A DNA stretch of 64,000 nt from Chloroflexota bacterium (GTDB lineage Bacteria; Chloroflexota; Dehalococcoidia; Lucifugimonadales; JADFKI01). Position 1 is the first letter of the stretch. Each line of letters opens with the position of its first letter. The stretch spans positions 1 through 64,000 of the forward strand of contig JAQBUT010000019.1 in assembly GCA_027623195.1 (NCBI GenBank), read 5' to 3'. Under the pieces are notes generated by a model, which searched no databases, was not told the origin of the DNA, and worked only from the letters and a program-made list of their open reading frames with translations. This document shows positions 49,985-59,896 of this stretch, piece after piece. The translations under genes were made by a program, and so were the position numbers.

Positions 49985-50872
49985 ATGCCAAACAAGGAAA
50001 TCCTATGTGCCTTTGGTATCGACGTGGACGCTGTAGCCGGGTGGCTGGGGTCCTACGGCGGTCAGGACTCGCCTCTCGACATATCCCGAGGAATGTTTTC
50101 GGGGGAGGTGGGCGTGCCGCGCCTGCTGCAACTGCTGGACCGTTTCGGCATCAAGGCGACCTGGTTCATCCCCGGCCACTCCGTCGAGACGTTCCCTGAC
50201 CAGATCAACGCCGTGGCTGCGGCGGGACACGAGATAGGCGTTCACGGCTACTCGCACGAGAACCCTATCGCCATGACCCCTGAGCAGGAGGAGGTTGTGC
50301 TGGACCACTGCATTGATCTCATCACGCGGGTCAGTGGCAGGCGTCCCACGGGATATGTCGCGCCCTGGTGGGAGTTCAGCCCGGCGACTAGCGAACTGCT
50401 GCTGAAGAAGGGCATCAAGTACGATCACAGTCTGATGCATCAGGACTTTCAGCCACACTACGTGCGCACCGGCGACACCTGGACCAACATCGACTATAAC
50501 AAGCATCCCAGCGAGTGGATGCGCCCGCTTGTTCGCGGAACAAATAACACCAATCTTATCGAGATTCCTGCAAACTGGTACCTAGACGATCTCCCTCCCA
50601 TGATGTTCATCAAGGAGTCGCCTAACAGTCACGGATTCGTGAGCCCCCGAGACCTGGAGCAGACCTGGCGGGACCAGTTCGACTGGGTGTACCGCGAGTA
50701 CGACTACGCCATCTTTCCCATCACCATACACCCCGACGTGTCTGGCAGGCCACAGGTACTGATGATGCTGGAAAGGCTCTACGCCTACATCACCAGCCAC
50801 CCCGGCGTGCGCTTCCTGACATTCAACGAGATCGCCGACGATTTTTCTGCAAGGTCAGGCAATGCAAATTAA
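49985..50872 (+). CDS. Polysaccharide deacetylase family (HP0310/PuuE-like) hydrolase
   Basis: [38 protein letters not shown]. Confidence 0.9.
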   Translation: MPNKEILCAFGIDVDAVAGWLGSYGGQDSPLDISRGMFSGEVGVPRLLQLLDRFGIKATWFIPGHSVETFPDQINAVAAAGHEIGVHGYSHENPIAMTPEQEEVVLDHCIDLITRVSGRRPTGYVAPWWEFSPATSELLLKKGIKYDHSLMHQDFQPHYVRTGDTWTNIDYNKHPSEWMRPLVRGTNNTNLIEIPANWYLDDLPPMMFIKESPNSHGFVSPRDLEQTWRDQFDWVYREYDYAIFPITIHPDVSGRPQVLMMLERLYAYITSHPGVRFLTFNEIADDFSARSGNAN

Positions 50873-50884
50873 TGGAGGCTACTA

Positions 50885-51640
50885 GTGGCTGAACTACGGG
50901 AGAATAAGGCCAAGCGTAAGCTGCAGAACGGCGGGGTCGTGACCATGCTCATGGGCGGTGCGCACCCTCCGGATATGATCGACTATATGGGCCAGTTCGG
51001 CTTCGACTCCGTGCTCATAGAAGGCGAGCACGGCCCCGTGGACTATGGCCACATCCCGGACCTGACCAGGGTTTGCGACCTATGGGGCATGACCTCCGTG
51101 GTACGAGTAGGAGCCAACCGACCGGAGATGATCTACCGCACCTTCGACCTGGGGGCGCAGGGCATCATGGTGCCGCACATCAACACTCGTGAGGACGGCC
51201 TGGCGGTGGTGGACGCCTGTAAGTTCGCGCCAATCGGCAACCGCGGCATGGGAGCCGGGCGACAGGCTTTCGGCGTGCCCGACTACTTCCAGAAGGCCAA
51301 TGACGAGACGCTGGTGACGGTCCTCATAGAAGACATCGCCGCCATGGACCATTTGGATGAGCTAACAAGTGTTGACCACATCGACGTCTTCTACGTCGCG
51401 CCGGGAGACCTGGCCCAGAGCATGGGGCTTATTGGCCAGACGACGCACCCCGAAGTGCTGCGGGTCATTGACGAGGCCATCGCGCGAATCGTGGCCAACG
51501 GCAAGACGGCTGGCGCACTGGTTAACGACGCAACAGCCAACGATTACATTGCCAAGGGGGCACGTTTTCTGGGCATTCCCTGGACGCCCTGGGTGGCCAA
51601 CGGAGCGCGCAATTTCCTGGGAAATTTACATATACCTTAA
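50885..51640 (+). CDS. HpcH/HpaI-family aldolase
   Basis: IEGEHG, GIMVPH, PIGNRG, IED, APGDL. Confidence 0.9.
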   Translation: MAELRENKAKRKLQNGGVVTMLMGGAHPPDMIDYMGQFGFDSVLIEGEHGPVDYGHIPDLTRVCDLWGMTSVVRVGANRPEMIYRTFDLGAQGIMVPHINTREDGLAVVDACKFAPIGNRGMGAGRQAFGVPDYFQKANDETLVTVLIEDIAAMDHLDELTSVDHIDVFYVAPGDLAQSMGLIGQTTHPEVLRVIDEAIARIVANGKTAGALVNDATANDYIAKGARFLGIPWTPWVANGARNFLGNLHIP

Positions 51641-51667
51641 ATAACCCTCTACGTTCAGGAGAGACCT

Positions 51668-52681
51668 ATGCCAGATTTTGATATATTCGAACTGGGCGAT
51701 GTTGTGCTGCAGTGCGGCCTTACGCTGCGCGACGCAAAACTGGCTTACAAGACTTACGGCACTCTGAACGAGCGGCGCGACAACGTCGTAGTCTTTCCCA
51801 CGTTTTTCAGCGCCAATCACGTGGCCAACGAGCCTATGATCGGACCCGGCATGGCGCTGGACCCCGAACGCTACTTCATCATCGCGCCAAATCTTTTCGG
51901 CAACGGCCTGTCGTCGTCGCCCAGCAATACTCCGTCGCCCTACAACGCGGGGCGTTTCCCAACAGTTTCGTATTACGACAACGTCACCTTCCAGCATCGG
52001 CTTCTTTCCGAGCAGTTCGGCGTTGAGCGCATTGCCCTGGTGTGTGGCTTCTCCATGGGAGCCATGCAGTCCTTCCAATGGGGGGCCATGTTCCCGGACA
52101 TCGTGGAACGCATCGCGCCATGGTGCGGCTCCGCCAGGACCTCCCGGCACAACCATGTCTTCCTGGAGGGAGTGAAGGCCGCGCTGCAAGCTGACGACGC
52201 CTGGAACGGCGGATGGTACGACCGCCAGCCAACGAAGGGCGTTCGAGCTGCCGCGCGAGTGTACGCCGGGTGGGGACCGTCCCAGGCCTTCTATCGCGAG
52301 AAGGTCTACCTGGATATGGGCTTCTCCTCGGTGGAGGACTACATCGTCACCGGGTGGGAGGGACGCTTCCTTGAGCTGGACGCCAACGATCTTCTGGCAA
52401 TGGTGGCCACCTGGCAGGCCGGAGACATCAGCGCCAACCCGACGTATCAGGGCGATTTCCAAAAGGCGTTAGGCTCTATCAAGCCCAAGGCCCTGGTAAT
52501 GCCGTCGCAGACCGACCAGTACTTCCCGCCCGAGGATAGTCAGATCGAGGTCGGCATGATGCCCAAGGCCGAGCTAAGAATCATACCTTCCATATGGGGA
52601 CACCTGGCAGGCGGCCCCGGCCGCAATCCTGTGGACACTCGGTTCATCGACGCCGCGCTGAAAGAGCTGCTGGCAACGTGA
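51668..52681 (+). CDS. MetX-like alpha/beta hydrolase
   Basis: YKTYGTLN, GNGLSSSPSN, GFSMGA, DQYFPP, WGH. Confidence 0.85.
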   Translation: MPDFDIFELGDVVLQCGLTLRDAKLAYKTYGTLNERRDNVVVFPTFFSANHVANEPMIGPGMALDPERYFIIAPNLFGNGLSSSPSNTPSPYNAGRFPTVSYYDNVTFQHRLLSEQFGVERIALVCGFSMGAMQSFQWGAMFPDIVERIAPWCGSARTSRHNHVFLEGVKAALQADDAWNGGWYDRQPTKGVRAAARVYAGWGPSQAFYREKVYLDMGFSSVEDYIVTGWEGRFLELDANDLLAMVATWQAGDISANPTYQGDFQKALGSIKPKALVMPSQTDQYFPPEDSQIEVGMMPKAELRIIPSIWGHLAGGPGRNPVDTRFIDAALKELLAT

Positions 52682-52692
52682 TGCCTGCCGAC

Positions 52693-54129
52693 CTAACACA
52701 CAGGGTTCGCCAGCACTCCAGGCGATACGCTTCGCTCCAGCCAGCGTCCATCTGCTGGGCTTCCTAGAAGCTGGCCATCCTCCATGATAACCTTGCCGCG
52801 CAATATGGTCGTAACAGGGTATCCGCCGCATTCAAACCCATCCCATATGGAGTAGTCCGAGTCGGCGTGCAGGTCCTCCAGCCGTATCGTCTTCTTTAGG
52901 TCCGGGTCGAAAAGCACGATATCGGCATCGCTGCCCGTGGCGATAGCCCCCTTTCGCGGATACATGCCTAGGATCTTCGCGGCGTTGGTCGATGTGATGT
53001 CCACGAATCGCTCGATGGACACGCGGCCCGTGGAAACAAGCTTCGTGTACACCACCGGCAATCGGGTCTCGATGCCGTTGTGCCCACCGCAGACCGTATG
53101 GATGGTGTTACCGGAGAGCTTCACATCCTTGTACGTGGTGTATTCATCAGTGGCCGTGGTGCTCAGCGTCCCATCCGCCAGCGCCTCCTGCAGCGCGTCC
53201 CGATCTTCGGCGAACTTAATGGCAGGATAGGTGTGGACCGACGTGCCGTTCGGCTGCTTGTAATGCTCGGAGGTGAAGTGCATGTAGTTGTGCAGCGCCT
53301 CGCCGTAGACCGGCAGTTGCTTCATGCGGGCGTCGGCTATAGCCCGCGCGCCTTCCTTGGCCGTCGTGTGCACGAAGTAGATACCCGTCTGAGTATGCTC
53401 CGCCAGCCGAACAATCTTCCGAAAAGATATGTCCTCGGATATGTTGTTGTGAACCAGGTGCAGGTTATAGCCCTGGTCGTTGCCCTCGCGGACAAGCTTC
53501 TTCTCCATGTATTTTACGATGTCGTCGTCTTCGGCGTGCACTGCCATGATGCCGCCGCTTCGTCCGACCTCCTCAAAGATGGCCCAAAGGTGTCCATAGC
53601 CCACTTTGTTATCAAACGTCGTGAATATCTTGAAGCTGGCCACGCCCGCCTGAATAGCCTCTCGGATCTCGCCGATGGCCTTTGCCGGCACCTCTCCCGA
53701 CAGTGTGTAGTGGAAGGCAAAGTCGGTGTAGGAATGCCCAGCGAAAGTGCTGCGTCGCTCGTCCAGGCGGCTCATGATGGATTTATCAGTCCTGTCGCCA
53801 TTCTCAGTACCCGGCATGCCGCCTGCAAAATCGACGTACGTGGTCACGCCGCCAAAGGCCGCAGCCCGGCTTGCCGCCTCCGGTGACTGGGTCATCACTC
53901 CCGACCTTCCAGCCCACGCAGGCGATACGCCCGTCGCGATGTGGGTGTGGGGCTCGATGCCTCCGGGCAACACGTACTTTCCCGAGGCGTCCAGCGTTCG
54001 CGCCGATTCCAAGTCCACGACGCCGCTTTCGGCCACCAGAACAATCTTCTCGCCCTGGACACCGACATCGAAACGGCCTGTCCCCGCAGGTGTTACCACC
54101 ATCCCGCCGCGTATCAACAAGTCCAACAT
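52693..54129 (-). CDS. Dihydropyrimidinase/hydantoinase-like cyclic amidohydrolase
   Basis: PGGIEPHTH, SFK, HAED, FVH, NAAKILGMYPRKG, DADIV. Confidence 0.9.
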   Translation of the reverse strand: MLDLLIRGGMVVTPAGTGRFDVGVQGEKIVLVAESGVVDLESARTLDASGKYVLPGGIEPHTHIATGVSPAWAGRSGVMTQSPEAASRAAAFGGVTTYVDFAGGMPGTENGDRTDKSIMSRLDERRSTFAGHSYTDFAFHYTLSGEVPAKAIGEIREAIQAGVASFKIFTTFDNKVGYGHLWAIFEEVGRSGGIMAVHAEDDDIVKYMEKKLVREGNDQGYNLHLVHNNISEDISFRKIVRLAEHTQTGIYFVHTTAKEGARAIADARMKQLPVYGEALHNYMHFTSEHYKQPNGTSVHTYPAIKFAEDRDALQEALADGTLSTTATDEYTTYKDVKLSGNTIHTVCGGHNGIETRLPVVYTKLVSTGRVSIERFVDITSTNAAKILGMYPRKGAIATGSDADIVLFDPDLKKTIRLEDLHADSDYSIWDGFECGGYPVTTILRGKVIMEDGQLLGSPADGRWLERSVSPGVLANPVC

Positions 54130-54252
54130 GATTCTTCTCCTTGAATATTTCCGGCCTGCTATCTAAAACACCCACTAGCCCAGCAAGGGCGTTGCATGTC
54201 ATTTCAGAAAGAAGATACCATACTGAAAACTCAAACGCCGGGAGACAACGCA

Positions 54253-55122
54253 ATGCCAACAACATTCGGATTCGATAACTACCAGTACCAGTTAGTGGAA
54301 GGTTGGGGAAGCCTGCCAAAGCAGTGCGTCGCGTCAGATGTGGCGGTGGACTCACAGGGCAAGGCGTACGTAGCGATACGCGAATGGCCGTACCCGGATG
54401 TTACCGGCGGTGCCGTGCTGGTGTTCGACCGCGACGGCAAACTGTTGGAGAGTTGGGGCGAAGACCTGTTCACAACACCTCACGGCATGTGGATTGGTCC
54501 CGACGACGAGATTTTCATGACGGACAGCGCCGACCATACGGTGAGGAAGTACGCTCCCTCCGGCGAGTTGCTCATGACCATAGGCGTCAAGGGCCAGCCG
54601 GGAACGCCCGGTGCGCCATTCAATCGGCCAACGCGCGCTGTGATGTCGCCACGCGGCGAGATATTCGTTGGCGACGGTTACGGTCAGAACCGAGTACACC
54701 GCTTCACCGCTGGCGGAGAACTCATCACATCCTGGGGCGAAGACGGCGTCGGGCCGGGCCAGTTCAACCTTCCTCACGATGTCACGGTCGACGCAGACGA
54801 CAACGTCTACGTGATGGATAGGGAGAACAACCGCTGCCAGGTGTTCGACGTGAACGGCAACTTCCAGTCAGAGTGGCCGGGTGTCCCAGGGCCCAATGAC
54901 GCTTTGCTAGCCGATGACGGCCTGCTGCATATCGCCACAGGCCACGAGGGAATACACGTCATGTCACTGGACGGCAAACTTGTTGGCAAGTGGAACCAAC
55001 GCGGCGACCAGCCGGGCCAGTTCCGAGGCTACCCTCACGGCATCTGGGTAGACTCGGCCGGGGACGTGTACGTGGCAGAGGTTGGCGCAGACAACGCGCT
55101 GCAGAAGTTCGCGCGGGTGTAG
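54253..55122 (+). CDS. NHL-repeat protein (peptidylamidoglycolate lyase-like)
   Basis: PHG, FNRPT, DGYGQNRV, FNLPH, DRENNR. Confidence 0.88.
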   Translation: MPTTFGFDNYQYQLVEGWGSLPKQCVASDVAVDSQGKAYVAIREWPYPDVTGGAVLVFDRDGKLLESWGEDLFTTPHGMWIGPDDEIFMTDSADHTVRKYAPSGELLMTIGVKGQPGTPGAPFNRPTRAVMSPRGEIFVGDGYGQNRVHRFTAGGELITSWGEDGVGPGQFNLPHDVTVDADDNVYVMDRENNRCQVFDVNGNFQSEWPGVPGPNDALLADDGLLHIATGHEGIHVMSLDGKLVGKWNQRGDQPGQFRGYPHGIWVDSAGDVYVAEVGADNALQKFARV

Positions 55123-55163
55123 GCGAAGTGCTGCCATCTGAGATAGGTGGTTTTACCGACCAA

Positions 55164-55226
55164 GGTTCGACAAGCTGACCAAGAACATTACGAAAAAAAT
55201 TCGATTGCCCTGAGCGTGTCGAGGGG
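55164..55226. repeat. 63-nt REP-like doublet, copy 2
   Basis: GGTTCGACAAGCTGACCAAGAA ... TTGCCCTGAGCGTGTCGAGGGG. Confidence 0.75.
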
Positions 55227-55242
55227 GTATGACCGCGGCGTT

Positions 55243-56235
55243 TTAGGGTAGCAACCGCCGACTGGCCAAAAAATCCCTTACCTCATTAATGGTAGGCATG
55301 GCCGCTGTGTCACCTTGTCGTGTGCAGGTCAGCGCGCCGCAGACGTTTCCGACCTCCAGGGCATTTTCAATCCTAACCTGACGTTCCGATGGCTCCAAGT
55401 CCAACAGACCGCGCAGCGTATGACTCTCGAAAACGCTGCCCAAGAAACCAGCAACAAAAGCGTCGCCTGCGCCCACAGGGTCCAGCACTTCAACGGCGTA
55501 ACCCGGCTGCTCCACCAGACTATGGCCATCGAAGGCGAGTGCGCCATCCATGCCTCGTGTGACCACCACCACGCCACCGTTTATCCCCTGGAAGTGCGAG
55601 GCATAGCGTTCCGCAGTCCAGCCACTTCGCCATATGGATTCAGCCTCGTCATGGCCTAATTTGAACAGTGATGCGAATGGAATCATCTCGTTAACAACGG
55701 CCTGCGCCTGTGAGGGAGTCCAGAGCTGCTCGCGGTAATTCAGGTCGAAACTTACTGGAATGTTATTGTCTTTAGCATACTGGAGGGACTGGAAAATCGC
55801 GGCCCTGGCCTCGTCTCCCAGCGCCGGAGTGATGCCCGTGACATGCAGGACGTCAGCGCCATTCAGGTGGGGTGCGATATCGTCAAATGTCAGCAGACTC
55901 GCCGCGCTGCCTTGTCGGCGATAGGTTTTGACGTGTTGCCCGTCAGCCAGGTGGTTCAGGTAAGAGACGCCCGTTCGCTGGCCGATGTGTCGGGAAGCAG
56001 CGACCTGGACTCGACCGGACAGCTCATTGAGGATGAAGTTGCCAGCCTCGTCGTCACCCAGTCTGCTTATCCAGACCGCTTCGATACCGGGCAGCCCTAG
56101 TTTGAGTAAGTCCACGGCAACATTGGACTCGGCGCCGGCGCAATCCAGTACGTACTCGCCGCCTTCATCGAAAGGGCCCAAAAACGATGCGTTGTACTGC
56201 GCCATCGTCTCGCCGAATGTTACGAATTTGACCAT
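55243..56235 (-). CDS. PfkB-family sugar kinase (KDG kinase-like)
   Basis: GAESNVA, GITPAL, FDLNYR..LW, DPVGAGDAF. Confidence 0.9.
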   Translation of the reverse strand: MVKFVTFGETMAQYNASFLGPFDEGGEYVLDCAGAESNVAVDLLKLGLPGIEAVWISRLGDDEAGNFILNELSGRVQVAASRHIGQRTGVSYLNHLADGQHVKTYRRQGSAASLLTFDDIAPHLNGADVLHVTGITPALGDEARAAIFQSLQYAKDNNIPVSFDLNYREQLWTPSQAQAVVNEMIPFASLFKLGHDEAESIWRSGWTAERYASHFQGINGGVVVVTRGMDGALAFDGHSLVEQPGYAVEVLDPVGAGDAFVAGFLGSVFESHTLRGLLDLEPSERQVRIENALEVGNVCGALTCTRQGDTAAMPTINEVRDFLASRRLLP

Positions 56236-56248
56236 GTAAGCTCGGCTG

Positions 56249-56581
56249 CTACTGAGGTCCGCGGTCTAAAGAATTGCCGGCCTGATCTCGATGAGTGACC
56301 CAGGAACCACCCTCGGTGTCGTCTGGGCCACTGTACAGACCTATGCGCAGACGCAACATCACCAGATTAACCACCGCCGCCACTATCAACCCAAATCCGA
56401 TGCCGACAGGAATCATTAGGATACCCGCGCTGCCTCCGACCACCAGTAGCACATTCCATTCGAGGTCAGTGCTACCAATAGCCTCCGCCACAGTTCGGAA
56501 ACGTGCCAAGGTGCGGATCATCATGTAAACAAAGGCGAACACGGCACCAAGCGCGCCGCCAGTTAAGTAAAGCCATTTCAT
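56249..56581 (-). CDS. Hypothetical membrane protein
   Basis: Two long hydrophobic segments; 13 nt upstream of the kinase gene. Confidence 0.6.
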   Translation of the reverse strand: MKWLYLTGGALGAVFAFVYMMIRTLARFRTVAEAIGSTDLEWNVLLVVGGSAGILMIPVGIGFGLIVAAVVNLVMLRLRIGLYSGPDDTEGGSWVTHRDQAGNSLDRGPQ

Positions 56582-56655
56582 AAAAAATCCCAAGTGTTAA
56601 GCGCATGTAATATACTCATCATACTATATTCGAACTTAGTGTCAGATAATAAATA

Positions 56656-57942
56656 TTGCGAACAATCTCGCGCCTCAAAGGCATATATCATGGCTGGTGG
56701 GTGCTGTTAGGGACGACGCTTCTAGCCACCTTTTCGGGAGGCGTTCTACTTCACGGCGCATCCGTATTCTTCATCCCCATTCGAGAAGACCTGGCCCTTT
56801 CGGCAGCCCAGACATCGATCATTTTCACCAGCTCCCGTGCACTAGCGGGCGTGGGCGGCCCTCTCTTCGGGTGGCTTGCCGACCGATTCGGCGGACGACC
56901 TCTGATTATCGTCGGCAGCATACTGGCAGGGCTTGGGCTGATCTACCTACAGACGCTTAACAGCTACCTGCCTTTCGTTCTGGTGTACTTGCTGGTAGTT
57001 GCCCTGGGCACGCACCTGGGCTTCGCACAGACGCTTCTCACAGTGACGAACCGCTGGTTCGTTCGAAGAAAGGCCGTTGCCATAACCATCCTGCTGACAG
57101 GATTTGCGGCAGGAGGCGCCATATTCGTCTTTCCGCTGGGGATAGGAGTCGAGCAGATCGGCTGGCGGCAGACCCTGGTTTACTCAGGCTTGTTCATAAT
57201 GATTACCGGCGTGGGCCTGTCCCTGCTCGTGCGTCACTCCCCGGAGAGCATGGGACTAAACGAGTCCAATGAACCTGAACTCACGCCTGTTCAGACGTCA
57301 GGCGGCTCCACCGACGGTCCTGCAAAAAGGGACTACACAGCGTATGAGGCGCTAAGAACCAAGGTATTCTGGCTTATTCTAGGCTCGTCAACCCTGCGCA
57401 TCTCCGCCGAGACGGCCATCATGGTGCACATCATTCCCATCATGGCTTGGAAGGGGATGGACGAGCAGACCGCTGCTGGCATGGTGTCGATCTTTTTCTT
57501 CTTATCGATACCCTTCCGTCTGGGAGTGGGGTTGATCGGCCAAAGACTGCCATTCCAGCCACTGCTAGTAGGAGGCCTTATGGCTTCGGCCGTGGGAATG
57601 GCCCTGGTGATTAGTGTGGATGAACTTTGGGTGCTCTACCCGTTCGTGGTGCTTCTTGCGATATACGAAGGCTCCGTGGTGCTCCAGTGGTTGGCCCTGG
57701 GCGACTACTTCGGTAGAAGAAGCTTTGGCACCCTGACCGGCATCATACGCGCTTCGGACGTGCTCCCATCCATATTGATCCCAATCTATGCGGGTTGGGT
57801 GTTCGACACCACGGGAAGCTACACCAAGGCTCTGATTACACTTGTGGTCATGATGGCGGCCGCGGCTATGCTCATAGCCACGACCCGCAGGCCTTCAGCC
57901 GCGCCGAAGCCAAGGATTGCCTCGGATAGGCCCACGGCCTAA
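56656..57942 (+). CDS. MFS transporter (OFA-like, paralog of 34555-35904)
   Basis: YHGWWV, GWLADRFGGR, WFVRRKA, YFGRR. Confidence 0.9.
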   Translation: MRTISRLKGIYHGWWVLLGTTLLATFSGGVLLHGASVFFIPIREDLALSAAQTSIIFTSSRALAGVGGPLFGWLADRFGGRPLIIVGSILAGLGLIYLQTLNSYLPFVLVYLLVVALGTHLGFAQTLLTVTNRWFVRRKAVAITILLTGFAAGGAIFVFPLGIGVEQIGWRQTLVYSGLFIMITGVGLSLLVRHSPESMGLNESNEPELTPVQTSGGSTDGPAKRDYTAYEALRTKVFWLILGSSTLRISAETAIMVHIIPIMAWKGMDEQTAAGMVSIFFFLSIPFRLGVGLIGQRLPFQPLLVGGLMASAVGMALVISVDELWVLYPFVVLLAIYEGSVVLQWLALGDYFGRRSFGTLTGIIRASDVLPSILIPIYAGWVFDTTGSYTKALITLVVMMAAAAMLIATTRRPSAAPKPRIASDRPTA

Positions 57943-57968
57943 ATCATCCCTAGCAGCTGGCCTTTGGA

Positions 57969-58556
57969 CTAAAAGCGTGGGGCGAGACCCCACCAGAGAG
58001 ACCGGACCATCCCACGGACGTCCCCTTCAGCGAAGGCGCCGCCATGAACACCTAGCCTTTCGAACAACGCCAGGCTGTGAACCGCCGACACTAGATTCAG
58101 CACCGCGGGGCCTATTTTTCCAAGTGATACGTTTCCCGCCTCTTGTTGTGACTGCAGATATTCAACAAGGCCAGTGCGAAGCCCGGCCAGCGGAGAGTTC
58201 GGGTTTCGTCTGGAAAACTCCTCGAAGTCGAATGAAGAGTGGGTCATTAGGAGCACCAGTATGGGCATGATCTCCCGAAAGTAATCCAGCATGCGCAAAG
58301 CAATTATTTCCAGGTGACCGCACACGTCGGCGTCGGGCGGGCCATCTGCTAGAACCGTCTCAACATCCAATGGCGGCAAGACCATTGATGCGAAAAAGAG
58401 GTCTTCCTTTGTGGGGTAGCGTTGGTAGATAGCCGCCTCAGATATACCTGCGCTTCGGGCGACCTCCCGCGTCGAGACGCCTATGCCGTTCTCGACGAAC
58501 ACACCTCGTGCGACTGCCAACAGTTCGTCGTCCTCGATGATTTTCTTGCGGCCCAT
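57969..58556 (-). CDS. TetR/AcrR-family regulator
   Basis: STREVARSAGISEAAIYQRYPTKEDLF HTH. Confidence 0.93.
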   Translation of the reverse strand: MGRKKIIEDDELLAVARGVFVENGIGVSTREVARSAGISEAAIYQRYPTKEDLFFASMVLPPLDVETVLADGPPDADVCGHLEIIALRMLDYFREIMPILVLLMTHSSFDFEEFSRRNPNSPLAGLRTGLVEYLQSQQEAGNVSLGKIGPAVLNLVSAVHSLALFERLGVHGGAFAEGDVRGMVRSLWWGLAPRF

Positions 58557-58593
58557 ATCAGAGTCTCCGGTTCCATAAAGAAAAGCTTCGCGA

Positions 58594-59649
58594 CTATGAG
58601 GACGAAGTCTGCTGCCCGGACTTTCTATTGGCCAACCATCGCGTGACGGCAGCCAACAGCAGCAATACGACGCCTACATGCATCCCCACTAGTATGAATA
58701 TAGCAATCCATGCCCACGAAATGTTCCCCTGAACGCCCTGTAAAAATATTGCCGCTGTGACCACCGCTAATCCCGTAGCCTGCATGAACCTGGCTGCACC
58801 TCGGCCTTGAGGAAGGTGGCTTTTCAGCACTCCCCTAACCATGTCGGCAGATGAAGCCCTGCCTTTACTAACAGAGCGAACCCCTTCAAATGCCGACGAT
58901 TCCGCACCCCGCGCACGAAGCAGAAACCACGCAGCACCACGAGAAGAGCCCTCCGAACTCAGTTGAAAACCGGCTTCATCGAGAACCCTCCTCCAGTAAC
59001 CCCGCGTGCGGAACATGTGAAAGATGGCCGGAGTGTAGGCTATAGCCATCCAGATATTAGGCACGATAACCATGAGTAGGAATTCGCCATCGCTACTCAA
59101 GACTCGGCGGGCCTCGGATAGAGCAACGGGTATGTCTTGCGGGTCCAGGTGGTCGATGGCGTAAGAGCTAACCGCAGCATCGAACGACCCATCGTCGAAA
59201 GGCAGGCCGCGGAAGTCGCCTTCCTGTATCGTTATTCGCCCCTCGATGCCCGCTACTTGAAAGTTGCGCAGCGTTTTCTCTTGGCCGTGACCCTGGATGT
59301 AGTCCGCGCTGAAGTTATCCAACAATGTGATCTGCGCTTGAGGCCTACCCAAGCCAACCATGATCGAAGTCCTACCAGCTCCGCAGCCCAGGTCGATTAT
59401 TTTGCCAGCGCTAGCCGCATATTCAGAAGACGGCAACGACATGGGATCGTTGACACGAATCAGTAATTTCGAGATGAGCAATCCAGCCAAGGCCCATACC
59501 GCCAGAGCCAGGAGAGGCACCCAGACCCAAACGGATGCGCCGAAGAACCAGGCTATCCCAACGCCACCGGCAAAGGCGGCGGTTGGCACCAGGTGACCGC
59601 TTGTCCAAACCCAGGAATATCCAAGGTCCAAGGCGTTCTTTCCATCCAT
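58594..59649 (-). CDS. Membrane-anchored class I SAM methyltransferase
   Basis: IIDLGCGAG, GLPFDDGSFD; hydrophobic segments at both termini; GGAGG RBS before ATG 59649. Confidence 0.82.
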   Translation of the reverse strand: MDGKNALDLGYSWVWTSGHLVPTAAFAGGVGIAWFFGASVWVWVPLLALAVWALAGLLISKLLIRVNDPMSLPSSEYAASAGKIIDLGCGAGRTSIMVGLGRPQAQITLLDNFSADYIQGHGQEKTLRNFQVAGIEGRITIQEGDFRGLPFDDGSFDAAVSSYAIDHLDPQDIPVALSEARRVLSSDGEFLLMVIVPNIWMAIAYTPAIFHMFRTRGYWRRVLDEAGFQLSSEGSSRGAAWFLLRARGAESSAFEGVRSVSKGRASSADMVRGVLKSHLPQGRGAARFMQATGLAVVTAAIFLQGVQGNISWAWIAIFILVGMHVGVVLLLLAAVTRWLANRKSGQQTSSS

Positions 59650-59896
59650 CCCACAACCTCCAGAAGCATATTGGGTGATAAATATAAGTGAGTTCCCACT
59701 TATATTTATCATTGCAGCAACTTTACGTCAAGAACTGAGAATCTAACCCCCGCTACCTGGAACCTTACTGCGAGGCCGAAACAAAGCATATTCGAGCTAA
59801 CATATGGGGAAAACACTTGCCCATTCCCTAGCCTATTCAGGCGTTCTCTGGTAAACTTGACCTAATTTCCAACTTCTAAATCAGGGAGTTCGGCCT

